The notes: generated by a model not told the origin, from the sequence alone. A DNA stretch of 64,000 nt from Octopus sinensis (GCF_006345805.1 NC_043002.1:48856001-48920000); one strand, 5' to 3'; counted from the stretch's first letter, positions 37,487 through 51,999 are shown. Translations and numbers: made by a program.

Positions 37487-37863
37487 GTCTGAGTAAGTCA
37501 CTTCATTTCATGTTGTTCCAGTTTTACTCAGCATCAAATAAGATCCAGTCGCAGCAGTGAGTTAACCTGTGATGGACTAGTGTCCCGTTCAGGAGACATT
37601 CTTACAACTCTCAGACACTTAAACGCATTGGAACTCTTGATAAACTCCCGACCCGACATTTTCACTCTCTTCCTTAAGTTTCACTTTTCTTTATTACCTT
37701 GCACCCCTCCTCCTCCTCCAGTTTTATTTTCGCAATTTTCCGAAAGAAATACGAATTTTTGAATGGAATTTTGTGAAGATACGTTTCCGAGAGTGTAAAT
37801 TACGACTACGTTGATAACATTGAAAAGAACAAAAGAAAAAGGGAAGAAGTTACGGATCATTCT

Positions 37864-37924
<61 letters not shown>

Positions 37925-38049
37925 ACTTTGTTTCATCATAACTTTCTTTAAAATGCATATTATTAGATGACATTTAGCAGAAATATATCACCGAGAATGT
38001 AGATTATGGTAATGTTGATGTTTTAAACACAGAAAATCTGATAAATACG

Positions 38050-38492
38050 TAAAAATTTGCTAAAGCTACGGGCTTGAACGTGAGGTTAAAAAGCTCGCTT
38101 TGCAACCAAGTGATTTCGGGTTCAGTTCCACGGCGTAGCGACTTGGGCAAGAGTCTTCTACTCTAGCTCCGAGATAACCAATAGCGTGTGAGCGAATTTA
38201 GTAGCGTGTGAGTGTGTGCAATGTGTGTGTGTGTGTGGGGGGGGGGTCGTGCATGCGTGTGTCTTTGTATTTGTTTCCATTCCTTCGCTTCATAAGCACT
38301 GCTGGTTTGTTGATGTCATTAGTAACTTAGCAGGTCGGCTAAAATATCCGATTTTAGCAGGGATAAAAAAAAAAACAGAATGTGCTAGGGTCGATTTGTT
38401 CGAATAAACACTTTCAAAGTTGTGCTTCTGTATAGATGCAGTTGCAGACCAATAACTGAAGCGAGTAAAAGATAAAAGATAACACACACACA

Positions 38493-38537
<45 letters not shown>

Positions 38538-38588
38538 AGAGAAAGAAAGAAAGGAAGGAAGAAAGAAAGAAAGAAAGGAAGGAAGAAA

Positions 38589-38625
<37 letters not shown>

Positions 38626-39263
38626 GAGAAAGAGAGAAAAGAAAAAAGAATTAGTGGTACCAAAGTGAGAGTGGGGAGGGGAAAGAAAGATCCGAAACTC
38701 CTCCGAAATGGTTTTTTTTTTTTTTTTTTTTGGTAAATTTTTATCCCCACATGTGTATTCCACATCCTTGAAAACGTTATTTTTGGAAAATTTCATTAGT
38801 AGATACTTTTCAGAAAGTTATGAGGAAACGAAGTCGGTGAGTGTTATGGACGGCGTACTTTATTTTGCGCGCGCGTGTGTGTATGTATGTATGTATGTAT
38901 GTTATGATCTTTTACTTGTTTCAGTCATTGGACTGAGACACTCTCTTCAAGGGTTTAGTTGAAAAAAATCGATCATTGTAAGTTCGGTACTTATTTTAAT
39001 GTTGCTTTTTGCTAACCACTAAGTTGGGGGGAATGCAAACAAACCAACAGCACTCGTCAAGAAGTATCAAGAGACAAACACAAAAAACCAAACATACATA
39101 CATAGGCGCAGGAGTGGCTGTGTGGTAAGTAGCTTGCTAACCAACCACATGGTTGCGGGCATCTTGGGCAAGTGTCTTCTGCTATAGCCCCGGGCCGACC
39201 AATGCCTTGTGAGTGGATTTGGGAGACGGAAACTGAAAGAAGCCTGTCGTATATATATATATA

Positions 39264-39312
<49 letters not shown>

Positions 39313-39525
39313 TGTGTGTGTGTGTGTGCTTGTTGTCTGTGTTCGTCCCCCTAGCATTGCTTGACAACCGATGCTGTGTGTTTACTAGCGGTTTGGCAAA
39401 AGAGACCAATAGAATAAGTACTGGGCTTACAAAGAATAAGTCCCAGGGTCGATTTGATCGACTAAAGGCGGTGCTCCAGCATGGCCGCAGTTAAATGACT
39501 GAAACAAGTAAAAGAGTAAGAGTAT
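38050..39525. mobile_element. SINE family 2 copies: 38050-38470 (+), 38905-39070 (-), 39105-39525 (+)
   Basis: Family-2 body and tail in alternating orientation. Confidence 0.8.
38814..38836 (+). other. Candidate 23-nt plus-strand exon (AAAGTTATGAGGAAACGAAGTCG)
   Basis: Acceptor gatacttttcag and donor GTGAGT. No convincing downstream partner. Confidence 0.35.
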
Positions 39526-40280
39526 ACATATATGTGTGTGTGCATTTATGTTTGTGTGTGTGTGTGTGTGGTGTGTGTGTGTGTGAATACATTAACACAC
39601 ATACACACAGAGGTAGACAGACAGACACAGAAATAGACTGGCAGATAGATAGATAGATAGATAGACAGATAGATAGATAGATAGATAGATAAGCTAGTAT
39701 GTATTGGGTGGCTTTTAAGCTGGCTCCTGTGGAAGGCTCTTCATTAGGCTTCGGGTCCAATAATGACATTTCATGCATTGAGTACATATTGAATTTTATT
39801 AAAGTTGACCAATATTTTTCAAGCAATGAACAATTTTCATCAAAACAATGATATAATTTGTCGACTTGGAACTTGTTGCAAAGCTACACGATAAACAACA
39901 TTTTTTGTCTTCCCATTCAGGGGTCAGTACAATTTTTTTTTCCTATCTAACCTCTTTCTTTCTCTCTCTTTCTGTCTGCCTTCGCCACCGCCCTCATCGT
40001 CTCTGTGCCTACTATTACTCTCACCCCATCATGAGGAATAGTAGGTGTGTCATTAAATAGTGAGTGAGGGGTCCAAGTGTGACACACTGACACACAAATT
40101 AGTTTTCGCATTATATATATATATATATATACACGCGCGCGCATGCATATAATGTATCTTGTGCGTACAAAGAGATGTACAGCTCCACGTAGATTATCAT
40201 ATTCCAGTCTTCTTCCAGTATAGTGGTTAAGCAACTCCCATACAAAGTAGTATTACTAGTTATGAAATACGGAGCAAGTG

Positions 40281-40642
40281 TAGGAGAAATTAAGAATAAA
40301 GCACGAGTTTATATTATTATTATTATTATTTGTCCCTACGTATGTTTCACCATTATATTTGTTTGAAACCCTGCATTGGGTTTTCCAAATGCATTTGGAT
40401 GCTTAGCCAGAACGGATAACCAGAGAACACTTTATTACATTAAGTTAGAGAAATACCTCGAAACTTATCCAACTCATGACATTAGTTCTCTGTGAATCAA
40501 TGCGATAAAGTGTTGTCTGATGATTCGTTCTAGTTAAGCATCCAAATTCACTTGGAACACCAGATGCAGGGTTCCAAACAACCATAATAGTGAAACGTAC
40601 ACGAGAACTAATAATGTAAACTTGTTTTTATCTTAATTCCTA
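40281..40642. mobile_element. Foldback/palindromic MITE (diverged ~140-bp arms, ~70-bp spacer)
   Basis: gtttcaccattatatttgtttgaaaccctgcat...tttggatgctta...aacacttt is mirrored by aaagtgtt...taagcatccaaa...atgcagggttccaaac...gtgaaac. Confidence 0.75.
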
Positions 40643-41617
40643 TTAAGTCTATAATCATATATAAATATATACAGCTACAATGAAGGGTACTGCGAAAAGT
40701 ACCAACATGCTAGAAGTAGACGCCAAAACGGCTCTAAACCACTTAAATTACTCATATGCACATGTGAAAGCGGGGAAATGAGCAAACATAGAAGATTAGT
40801 GTACTTTTTGTGAATAAAATTCACAAGTAATAAACGTATTATTATCTGTTTATTACTTTCTTATTTTCTTACTCTTCTACTTGTTTCAGTCATTTGACTG
40901 CGGCCATGCTGGAGCACTGCTTTTAGTCAAATAAATCGCCCCAGGACTTATTCTTTGTAAGCCTAGTACTCATTCTATCAGTCTGTTTTGCCAAACTTCT
41001 AAGATATAGAGACATAAGCGTCCCAACATCGATCGTCAAGCGATGTTGGGGGTCAAACACAGACAGTAAATAAAAGCCTGAGATATCGATGGGGTTCACA
41101 AGATCTATTTATTCCTAAAACATTAGATGAAGCTGATCCAAAGAATAAAAACAAAAGAGAGAAATCAAATGATGATAAACCTATTTGAGAATTGAGCACA
41201 CATCATCCCAGCAGTGCTAAAGTACATTATCATTTGACAAGGTCACCTTTGCCTTTCCATCATCTGGGATCAATTATACAAAGTACCCATCAAGTACTGG
41301 GATTGATGGAAGTGGCTAAACCCTTCTTCTCAAAACTGTTGGCGTTATGCCTGAAACAGAAACCATTATTAAATTGGCTTTTTACTTGTCTTCATCATGG
41401 TTCACTAAGTGGGCAATTGATCACATAGAAGACAATAGTGCAGGCATGAGTGTTATGCTTAAGACACTTGCTTTGCAATTGCAGCCATGTAGTTTCAGGT
41501 TCAAACTCACTGGGCAGGATCTTGGGAAGCCATCTTCTACTATAGCCCTGAACTGACCAATGCATTGTGAGTGAGTTTGGTTGGTAGAAACTGGAAACTG
41601 TATAGAAGCTTGTTGAA

Positions 41618-41661
<44 letters not shown>

Positions 41662-42399
41662 CTGTCTTTATATGTATATATATGGCAGTCTGTTGGTTAT
41701 GATGACTAGGGTTCCAGTTGATCTGATCAATGGAACAGCCTGCTAGTAAAATTAACATGCAAGTGGCTGAGCACTCCACAAACATGCATATCCTTAATGT
41801 AGCTTTCAGGGAAATTTGACATGACACAGAATGTGACAAAGCTGGCCCTTTGAAATACAGGCACTACTCACTTTTGCCAGCTGATTTGTCTGGAGCAATG
41901 TGAAATAAAGTATTTTGTTCAAGGAAAACAAAGTGCAGCTGGGAATTGAACTTGTGACCTTATGATCATGAGCCAAATACCCTAACCACATACACGTGTA
42001 TGTGTGTGTGTGTGTGTGTATGTTTCTGTGTTCATTTGCCTTCACATTACTTGATGGTTGTAAACATACATGACCATCTTAAAAATGAGGTTATTCATAT
42101 CCAGTCTTCTGTGAAAAGCATGCCTGGCTATCGGAAAATATTACCTAGTTTGGAAACAGGTGAGGGTTGGTGACAGGAAGGATATCCAGTTGTAATAGAC
42201 AAAGCTGCCTCAACAAATTTCATATGACCTATACAAGCATGGTAATGTGAAAACTAAAAGGTGGTGATGATGATGAGGCATAGAGAGATCAGTGAGCTGG
42301 TTACAAGAATGAAACCTCACACATGCTCCAAATGTTAATCTCTGTAAAAGAGATGGAGAAATTTTCCAAATGTATAGAGCTGGAATTAAAAATAATCAT

Positions 42400-42680
42400 A
42401 TGTTGGGGTTTGAAAACAGAAACAAATCCTTATAAATAATGATATCAGAACGATAACAAAACAAAAAAAAAAGACAAAAAAATGCAGACAAATACATAAC
42501 CACAACCCACAGATATGCATAACATACAGAAAATAGCACTGCTTGGCACTGAACGTGTATTATACAGAGCACTTTCAATACAATAATAAAAAAAGGTCTC
42601 CAGAATCAAAAACTGCACACATCCATGAATTTCAGAGCTGCTCTTGCTAATGCGGTGAAAGTATGCAATTATAAAATAAC
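42400..42680 (+). mobile_element. R4/Dong-clade LINE short 3' fragment followed by (ACT)n(AAT)n
   Basis: aacatacagaaaatagcactgcttggcactg (IQKIALLGT) matches the 57-kb copy. Confidence 0.75.
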
Positions 42681-42721
42681 TGACTACTACTACTACCTTA
42701 CTACTGCTGCTGCTGCTACTG

Positions 42722-42770
<49 letters not shown>

Positions 42771-42775
42771 CACTG

Positions 42776-42808
<33 letters not shown>

Positions 42809-43868
42809 ATAATAATAATAATGTTTTCAAAGTTGGGCACAAGGCCAGCTATTTCGGTGAGGGAGTATGTCGATTAAATCAACCCCAGTGCTCATCTGGT
42901 ACTTAATTTATCGATCACAAAAGGATGAAAGGCAAAGTCAACCTCAGCAGAATTTGAACTCAGGATGTAAAGACAGATGAAATACTGCTAAGCATTTTTT
43001 CTTGATGTGCTAGCATTTCTACAAATTCTTTCAAATTTTGGCACAAAGCCACTTTATTCTTCTTTCTACTATAGGCACAATGGCTCAATTGGTACTTATT
43101 TTATTCACTCCAAAAGGATGAAAGCAAAGTTGTCCTCAACTTCTTAAACCTAGTATTTACTGTATCAGTCTCTTTTACTGAACAGCTAAGTTATGGGAAT
43201 GTAAACACACCAACACCAGTTGTCAAGTGGTGGCAGGGGACAAACACAAAGACACACATACATACATACATACATACATAAATACATACATACATACATA
43301 CATACATACATACATACATGCATACATATACATACATATGTATATATGCATACATATATATATATATATGTATGTATACATATATACATATGTATACATA
43401 CATATACACACACACGCACATTATATTTTCAATGGGCTTCTTTCAGTTTCCATCAACTGAACTCACTCATAAGGCTTGAGGTTATAGTGGAGGACATTTT
43501 CCAAAGGTGCCATCCATGCAGTGGGACTGAACCTGGAACCATATGGTTGGGAAGCAAGCTTCTAACCACACAGCCATGCCTGCATCTATCTAAACAAAAC
43601 TTTAACAAAATACTCCCTTTTATTTTTTAAAATTAATCCTTCATCTGCTGTATTGGAGTAAAATACAGTAGAATTATTTCTGTTTGACATAAGATTTAAA
43701 ATAAACTATAATTTGTGCTCAGTAGTTATTGAAGAATAAATTAATAAAAGAAAGAAAAAAAATGGAAGATGTGATACATTTGAGTTCAGATACATTTAGT
43801 ATTACCATTCAAAATAATTTAGAAATCAGAGTGTTTCTAGATTAAATATTGAATAAGTTTTCAATTTT

Positions 43869-46800
43869 CTAATGCATAAAATTATTGCCAGTTTTAGCAA
43901 GACAATGAATTTGTTCTAGAACTTTTGGCCTTAAGGGCTGATGCACCCCAGGACTAACAACAATGTATTTTACCAGTCTTTTTTCATAAAAAATAACATT
44001 AAACTTGAATTATATTCTTTTTTTTAATTTTTATTTTAAACCATTTTTTAAAAAAAATGTATTCTGTGTATCTCAAAATAGCAACCTTCCGCCTGGAAAA
44101 TGTTCATCTAGGTGGAAATATTTGTCTAGAGACAATTCAATGGAATTTTATTTCATCAACTATATCAAGTAGAGTGGAAACTGAAGAACAAACAAATTGC
44201 ACTATAGGGAGTAGTGGTGGAGAGGGAAAGTGAGAGAGAAAGAGAAAAAAGGGTTAGAGAAAGAGAAGTAAAGAAAAAGGAGAATATGAATACACATAGT
44301 GATGTTAACAAAGAACTGGAGCAAAATTTGACCGGAATATTCTTGATTTAAAAAAATTTTTTATACATAGATAAATGAATCCCTTCCCTAACAGAAAAGT
44401 ATAATACGTTTAAGAAAACATAATATTCATTGAGTAAAAAAACAAAAAGAAAAAAAACAAATAAATTTTGAATACTAGAACCAGAAAATTTTCTTGGTAA
44501 ATTTTTATTTACAGATTACACGTAGCAAGCATTTGAGAAAAAGCTAAAATCTGAAATATATTAATGTATATGTTTTACATAATTTATTTACATAATATGC
44601 TTAACATATAGTTAAGTAGAGTTTGAAATATTAATGTATATTTTTACATGAGTATGCTAAATTAAAGGCAATTTTTCTTCCTTTGTACTTCAAAATAATT
44701 GCAAGGTTTTAATTAATAATTAGTTGGTTGTAAAATTGATTGAATAAAATTCTACCAGTTAGAGTTTTCACATTTTGCATAAATCCACAGAGATTCTATT
44801 TGAATTTAATCAATGTTAATGATTTCTCCACTAAGCAAACATGGCTGTGTGGCTAAGAAACTTACTTTGCAACAACATGTCTTTAAGTTCAGTCCCATGA
44901 CGCAACATCTAGGGGAAGTGTTTTCTACTCCAGCCATGGCCTGAATTTGTTTGGCGGAAACTGTGGGCAAGCCCATCACACACACATTGCCTACAGTTTG
45001 ACTCTTTACCTGCTCGACCTTTTCATTCCTTTCAGTCTGGGGGAGGGTAATGTAGGTAATGCTATTTGAAACAGGTTTGTTGTCCACAAAATATTCGTTG
45101 AGAGTCAACTACAGCTATCTCCCCTGTTGAATGTTCTAGAACATTCCAAGCAAACATTGGTTAGCTCCCCCTTTGCTAGCATACAAGGGTGTTAGAAGCA
45201 TATTGCCTACTTAAAAGTGTATTCCAATTCCAGTGTTGCATGTCCGACCCATTTAAAAGTACCCTTGATGCATCAGGCGCTATGATATGCTTGAGAAGAC
45301 CTGTTGAGTCAAGTAAAACCAAAATCATAGCTGTGGCCAGTACCCCCTGACTGGCTCTCGTTTCGGTGTCACATAAAAGACATCATCTGAATGTGGTTGA
45401 TACCAGTGCCCCCTGACTGGCTCCTGTGCTGGTAGCATGTAAAAAGCACCATCTGAATGTGGTTGATGCCTAGTCTGCCTGACTGAATCCTGTGCTATTG
45501 GCATGTAAAAAGCACCATCTGAATGTGGCCAATGCCAGTGCCTCCTGACTGGCTCCCATGCCTGTGGCATGTATAAAGCACTATCTTAACGTGATCAATG
45601 CCAGGGCCACCTGACTGGCTTCTGTGCTGGTGGCATATAAAAAGCACCATCTGAAATGCCAGTGCCCTCTGACTGGCTCCTGTGCCAATGGCTTGTAAAA
45701 AGCACTCTCTGAACATGATCTATGCCAGGCTTGCCTGACTGGCTCCTGTGCCGGTGGCATGTAAAAAGCACCCACTACACCCTTGAAGTGGTTGGTGTTA
45801 GGAAAGGCATCCAGCTGTATAAACATTGCCAGATCACATTGGAACCTAGTGGAGCTGATGGCTTTCTAGACCTCAGTCAAACCGTCCAACCCATGCCAAC
45901 ATGGAAAATGGACGTTAAACGATGATGATGATATGTACACACACAAACACACATACACACAAACATGCACACACATGGACGGGCTTCTTTCAATTTCCAT
46001 CGTCGATGCCTCCACCAAATTTGGAGGTGGTCTAACAAATGGGACCTGTGTCTGAACGTGTCAAAGTGCTGTCATCTGCCTGTTGGCTCTCCTCCTGCAA
46101 CTCAACTTGATTTCAAGCCGGGTCGTCTGCTGCTGGAGAGGACCGTTCAGGTAAAGGACCTGGGTATCTTGGTGGATTCCTCCTTTTCGCCTTCGGCCCA
46201 GTGTGTCCATGCTGCCAACAAAGCACGCGGAATTCTGTTCTTGATTCGATGGTCATTCGGAATGCTCACAGCAGCCATATTCCTACCACTCTATGTCACA
46301 CTGGTGAGACCCATATTGGAGTACGGGATTCAAGTCTCTTCTCCTTATCTCCTCAAAGACATACAGCATCTCGAAAGAGTCCAGAAGCTGGCTACCCGCA
46401 TGGTTCATGGTCTCAAAAATTTGTCCTATGAAGAAAGGCTGAGGACGCTCGACCTTTATTCTCTAGAAAAACGCCGCCGCCGTGGTGATCTCATTCTCGC
46501 CCACAACATCATAAGCGGAAAGTGTAACCTCTCGAAAGAGCTGTTCTTCATTCCTGCTCCAGAGCGTCGGCTGCAGGGTCATTCTGAAAAGCTCTACCTG
46601 CGACGATTTCATCTCAATCGAAGGAGAAGAGCTTTCTCCGTCCGGGTTGCGGATCCGTGGAACAAGCTGCCAGACGAGATGGTGAAGATGCCGACGACCA
46701 CTTTGTTCAAAGCCTCCCTTGACCTCAAGTGGCTTGAACTCTTTACATGAACACCACCCTGTACTTAACTCCATGTCCCACTACATGGCCTTGCTATTTG

Positions 46801-48198
46801 CTTTTGAGCCAAATTAACTAACTAACTAACTAACTATCAAATCCACTCACATGGCTTTGGTCATCCTAGAGCTATAGTAGAAAACACTCATCCAAGGTTC
46901 CACGCAGTGAAACTGAGCCCAAAACCATATGGTTGGGAAGCAAACTTAACTATAGAGCTACAGCATATTATTTCTTTAACTCTTTAGCATTCAGACTATT
47001 ATGTCAAATGTAATGCTTATCTTATTTCTTTACTGCCCACAAGGGGCTACATACAGAGGGGACAAACAAGGACAGACAAATGGATTCAGTCAATTATATC
47101 GACTCCAGTGCATAACTGGTACTTATTTAATCAAGCCTGAAAGGATAAAAGGTGAAGTTGACCTCGGCGGAATTTGAACTCAGAACGTAACGGCAGACGA
47201 AATACCGCTAAGCATTTTGCCCGGCATGCTAACATTTCTGCCAGCTCGCCGCCTTAATGCTTATCTATTCACATTGTTTTAAATTAATTGTAGGTTAGGT
47301 GTGGGAGCCCAAACAGAATATTTGGGCCAAATATGTGGCTGGTTTAAATGCTAAAAGGATAAACTAATTTAGGGAGCAAATCCTTTTTATGCAAAACTTA
47401 AAATGGAATAACTTCATAGAATGTTATTATTTGATTCTTGTTTACATCTGCTTTATTGTCAGGTTTTCATGTCAACATGGGTGGCATGGCCTTCAAGTTT
47501 GGGCTGGAGGATATGTTGTTGTTTAACTCCAAGTCAGCCCTGGTAGAGTATATTTACGATCAAATGCTTTCCAGCCATAGCCATCCTATGTGTTTCTTTT
47601 TATTTTTTCCCGGACAGTATATCATGGATTGCATTATCCAATACTTTTTAATTTTAAGATGGTAGCATGTGATCCTAGTGATATTTGGCTGTTATTTCTA
47701 ACTTGTCAAGTCTTTCATTCTTCTGGAGTCATGATGATGGTGATATCATCATCATGATCATGATCACGATCATCATCCTCATATTAACGTCCACTATTCT
47801 ATGTTTGCATGGGTTGGAAGGAGATTTCCATGGCCTTTTGCCAACCCTTGCCTGTTTCCAAGTAAGATAATATATCCCCATGGATAGATATAATTTTGCA
47901 GAATATTAGACCTGAATGCTATTCATTTACAACAACCAGTCAATGTCAAGACATGGAAACACAAACATACCACTCATATATTCATACATATGTATACACA
48001 TATATATCCTTTATCTTTTACTTGTTAGAGCCATTAGACTGTTGCTATACTGAGGTACTTACGTTTTTAAGCCTGGTACTTATTTTATTAGCCTCTTTGG
48101 CTGGATTGCTAACTTATGAAGATGTAAGCACACCAACACTGGTTGTCAAGTGATAGTTGGGGACAAACACATACAAAGAGGTGGACACAAACGCACAC

Positions 48199-48234
<36 letters not shown>

Positions 48235-48436
48235 CTATGTGTGTGTGTATATATATATATGTAATATATGTATATGATAGGCTTCTTTCAGTTTCCATCC
48301 TACGAAATCCACTCACAAAGCTTTGGTCGATTTGAGGCTATAGTAGAAATCAATTGTTCAAGGTGTCATGCAATGGGACTGAACCTAGAGCCATATGGTT
48401 TGGAAGCAAGTTTCTAACCAAACAGTCACACCTGCA

Positions 48437-48521
<85 letters not shown>

Positions 48522-50319
48522 ATATATATATATATATAATAATAAATATTAGGGAATGAATCCAAAATTACAGGGAAAAATCAGATTTAGGGTTAAATCC
48601 AATTTTATAGTAAAATATTATATAATATAATTCGAGACAAAACCACTATTTTAAAATCAAACAAGGAAAGACTTAATCAATACATAAAATTTTAATATAA
48701 ATTAAATAAACCGCCACTACAATTGTTTCCTGTCTGCTACTGACATTCTTCAGGTGGATTTTCGATCTTCTAATCAGTATCAAATTATGATATGATATAT
48801 ATATATACTAGCAGTATCGCCCGGCGTTGCTCGGGTTTGTAAGGGAAATAACTATATAAGCATTTTTAGAGAGTTACTTCCCTTATAGATGCCAATTCGG
48901 GCTTTCTTAGCCATTTCTGTTTTGGTGTCTTCAAGCCATGAAGTCGTTGTTCTAAAAGAACGCTGGTCTCCTTGACAACGCTTTACAACGTTGATTTCCT
49001 TACACTCCCTTCCCCACAGCTTCACGAGGGAGGGAAGAAGGGGGAGAAGCAAACAGGTGCAGGTGTGACCATGGACGCCAACTCCGCCGCCATCGACACA
49101 CGAAAAATTATGCATTAAAATGGAATAAAAAATGATGTTAAATTATTTTTAAAATCGTAGACTCATTGTAGACGCGCGCTAATACTCAGACGGGCTCGAT
49201 ATGAATCACGACTATAAGATACCCGAATTTGGTTAAACTGCACCGCAAAATGTGGGAGTAGTTAGGAATCTAAATCGAAGGGGACAGACACTCACACAAC
49301 TACAGTTTTATATATATAGATATATATAATATATAGTATATACATACATATTGTATAATATAATATAATATAATATAATATAATATTATATATATATATA
49401 TATATATAAGCATTATATCAGCCTGGGACTTTAGGATAAGACACCTGCCGAAGGAGTCTGACAGTGGGTTGAGCTTGAAAGTATGTGGTTGGAAAGCAAA
49501 CTACTTAACGACACACCCACACTTGTGCTTATAAATGAAATATAACTGCAGTCAAGTACAGCCAACTCTCTTACAAGCAAGCATGGTAACGTGTATTATG
49601 ATTTTACTAATAATTTTAGGTGCTTATTTAGCCTTGAGAAGACTTAGACACCCCGGTCATTCAAATCATCGGGGATGATAAAATATCCAGGATATAACAG
49701 ATAGAGTGAGTGAGGGCTCCACCAGCACCTAGTAGGTACACATTACAGCTGAGAAGAGTGGAGGATAGGTGTATCTAAGAAAAGATTTTCTTATAGAAAA
49801 GATTTAAATGAGTTTATAAAGAACAGGATACACCTTTATTTACCTAATTTCTTATCAAAACCGTTGTTTATCTTTTTACTTTAAGATGCTTGTTATAATG
49901 TTAATATAGTTTTATCATTTGAATTCTGTATATAAATTTGAGTAATCCCTGTTGGCAACAAAAAAAAGCTAGGTTAGCAAGTACACTTCACCTCTAACCC
50001 TTTCCTCTATAATGGTATTTTTCTATAATAGCCTTAATTATTCATTCACCCATCCCATTCCTAACGAGCTGACATACGTCCTGGCCTGTTACTGACAACA
50101 CTAGGTAAATACTCCAATCTCTCTATACACATAGAAATGGTTCAGGAAAGCAGAAAACTATAGAAAAATTGAAGATAGTCGAAATTACATGGCTGTATTC
50201 ACTCAGAATGAACTGAGCGGAAAATTTTTAAAAATTGCATGAAATCTTTTGGAAACTGTAAAGAATTTAGATTTTTCAATGAATGAAATAAATCTTTATA
50301 GAAATAGAATCTTGAAAAA

Positions 50320-50350
<31 letters not shown>

Positions 50351-51942
50351 AAATAAATAAATAAAAAGAACTCTTTGTAATTATTATTTATTTATTCTAG
50401 CTAACCTTCTGCATATTAAATTCACCCAACAAACCAGCCTGAATAACCAGCTGTTGTTCTTGTGCAATGGCAAATAAGGTGACTGTTCTTTGACATACCT
50501 CTTTGACATATCCCATGCTGAGATAAAGTTTGGCATGGAATAATTTGTTGGCATCTAAGATAATTGACCAGCATTGAAATTATTAATTGTTAGCTTTTTT
50601 CCCCTTTTTTTTTTAAAGAAAAATAACGACTGCAAAAGAACATAATAATATACAATAGTTGAAATTTTTGCAACACTATCATCATCACCATTAATACCAG
50701 CTACATCATCAATGAATCAATAAGGCCTCAATGTGGTTGTTTAATCGACCTGCTAGATAAAACAGTCAAATCTCCCTCCAAATTATACTGCCTTAAAATA
50801 GTGAAGGAAACATTGAATTGTGTGATAGTCATGGCTGGAATGCCTTTGAACATAGGTTTGCTCAATCAGTACTAGCCTGAGATTAGTCAACAATCACTTT
50901 ATCATCATAATCCTTATCAGCTTCACTGTTATCACCATTACTGCCACATAATGATGATGATGATGACAATGGTGATGAAGGAGATGAATTAGCGGAATCA
51001 TTGTCTTGAAAAAAAAAAATGCCTTGCAGTATTTTTACTACTTTTACCTTTTACTTGTTTCAGTCATTAGAGTGTGCCCATGCTGGGGCACTGCCTTGAA
51101 GAATTTTTAGTTGAATCTATCATTTTTTTTTGCCAAACTGTTAAGTTATGGGGATGCAAACACACCAACACCAGTTGTCATGTGGTAATGGGGAGACAAA
51201 CACTGACACAAAGACACACACACACGCACACATGCACACTCACATACACGCACACATATACACGCATACATTTATATAATAGACTTCTTTCAGTTTCCAT
51301 TTACCAAATCCCCTCACAAGGTTTTGGTTTATAATAAGAAAGTGAATTGAAAAAAACAAAACAAAACAAAAAGTCAGTTACCTTTGAGATAAAAAAAGAA
51401 AACAAAATGAAAACCGTTTCTTGTAAGCTGAGATAAGAAGCTATTTACTGTGTCACAAAGTTCACCTGATACTTCCATATTTTGTGGGATAATAATGATA
51501 ATAATCATAATCATAATCCTTTCTACTATAGGCACAAAGCCTGAAGTTTTAATGGAAGAGGACTAGTCAAGCACATCTACCCCAGTGCTTGACTAGTACT
51601 TATTTCATCAACTCGAAAAGGACCAAAGATTAAGTCAACCTCAGCAGAATTTGAACTCACTATGTAAGGACAGATGAATTGCCACTAAAAAAAAAAAAAA
51701 AAAATAATAATAATAATAATAATAATAGTAATCCTTTCTACTGGCACAAAGCCTGAAATTTTTGGGGGTAGGCGCCAGTCAATTAGATTGACCCTAGTAC
51801 ACAACTGGTACTTAATTTATTGACCCAGAAAGGATGAAAGGCAAAGTTGACCTCAGCAGAATTTGAATTCAGGATGTAAAGACAGGCAAAATACCACAAA
51901 ACATTTTGCCCGGCATGCTAACGATTCTGCCAGCTTGGCACC

Positions 51943-51999
<57 letters not shown>

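Noticed and set aside
45337-45775. CRISPR-like regularly spaced repeats
   Set aside because: Contiguous tandem units without unique spacers, eukaryotic TE context, no cas genes.
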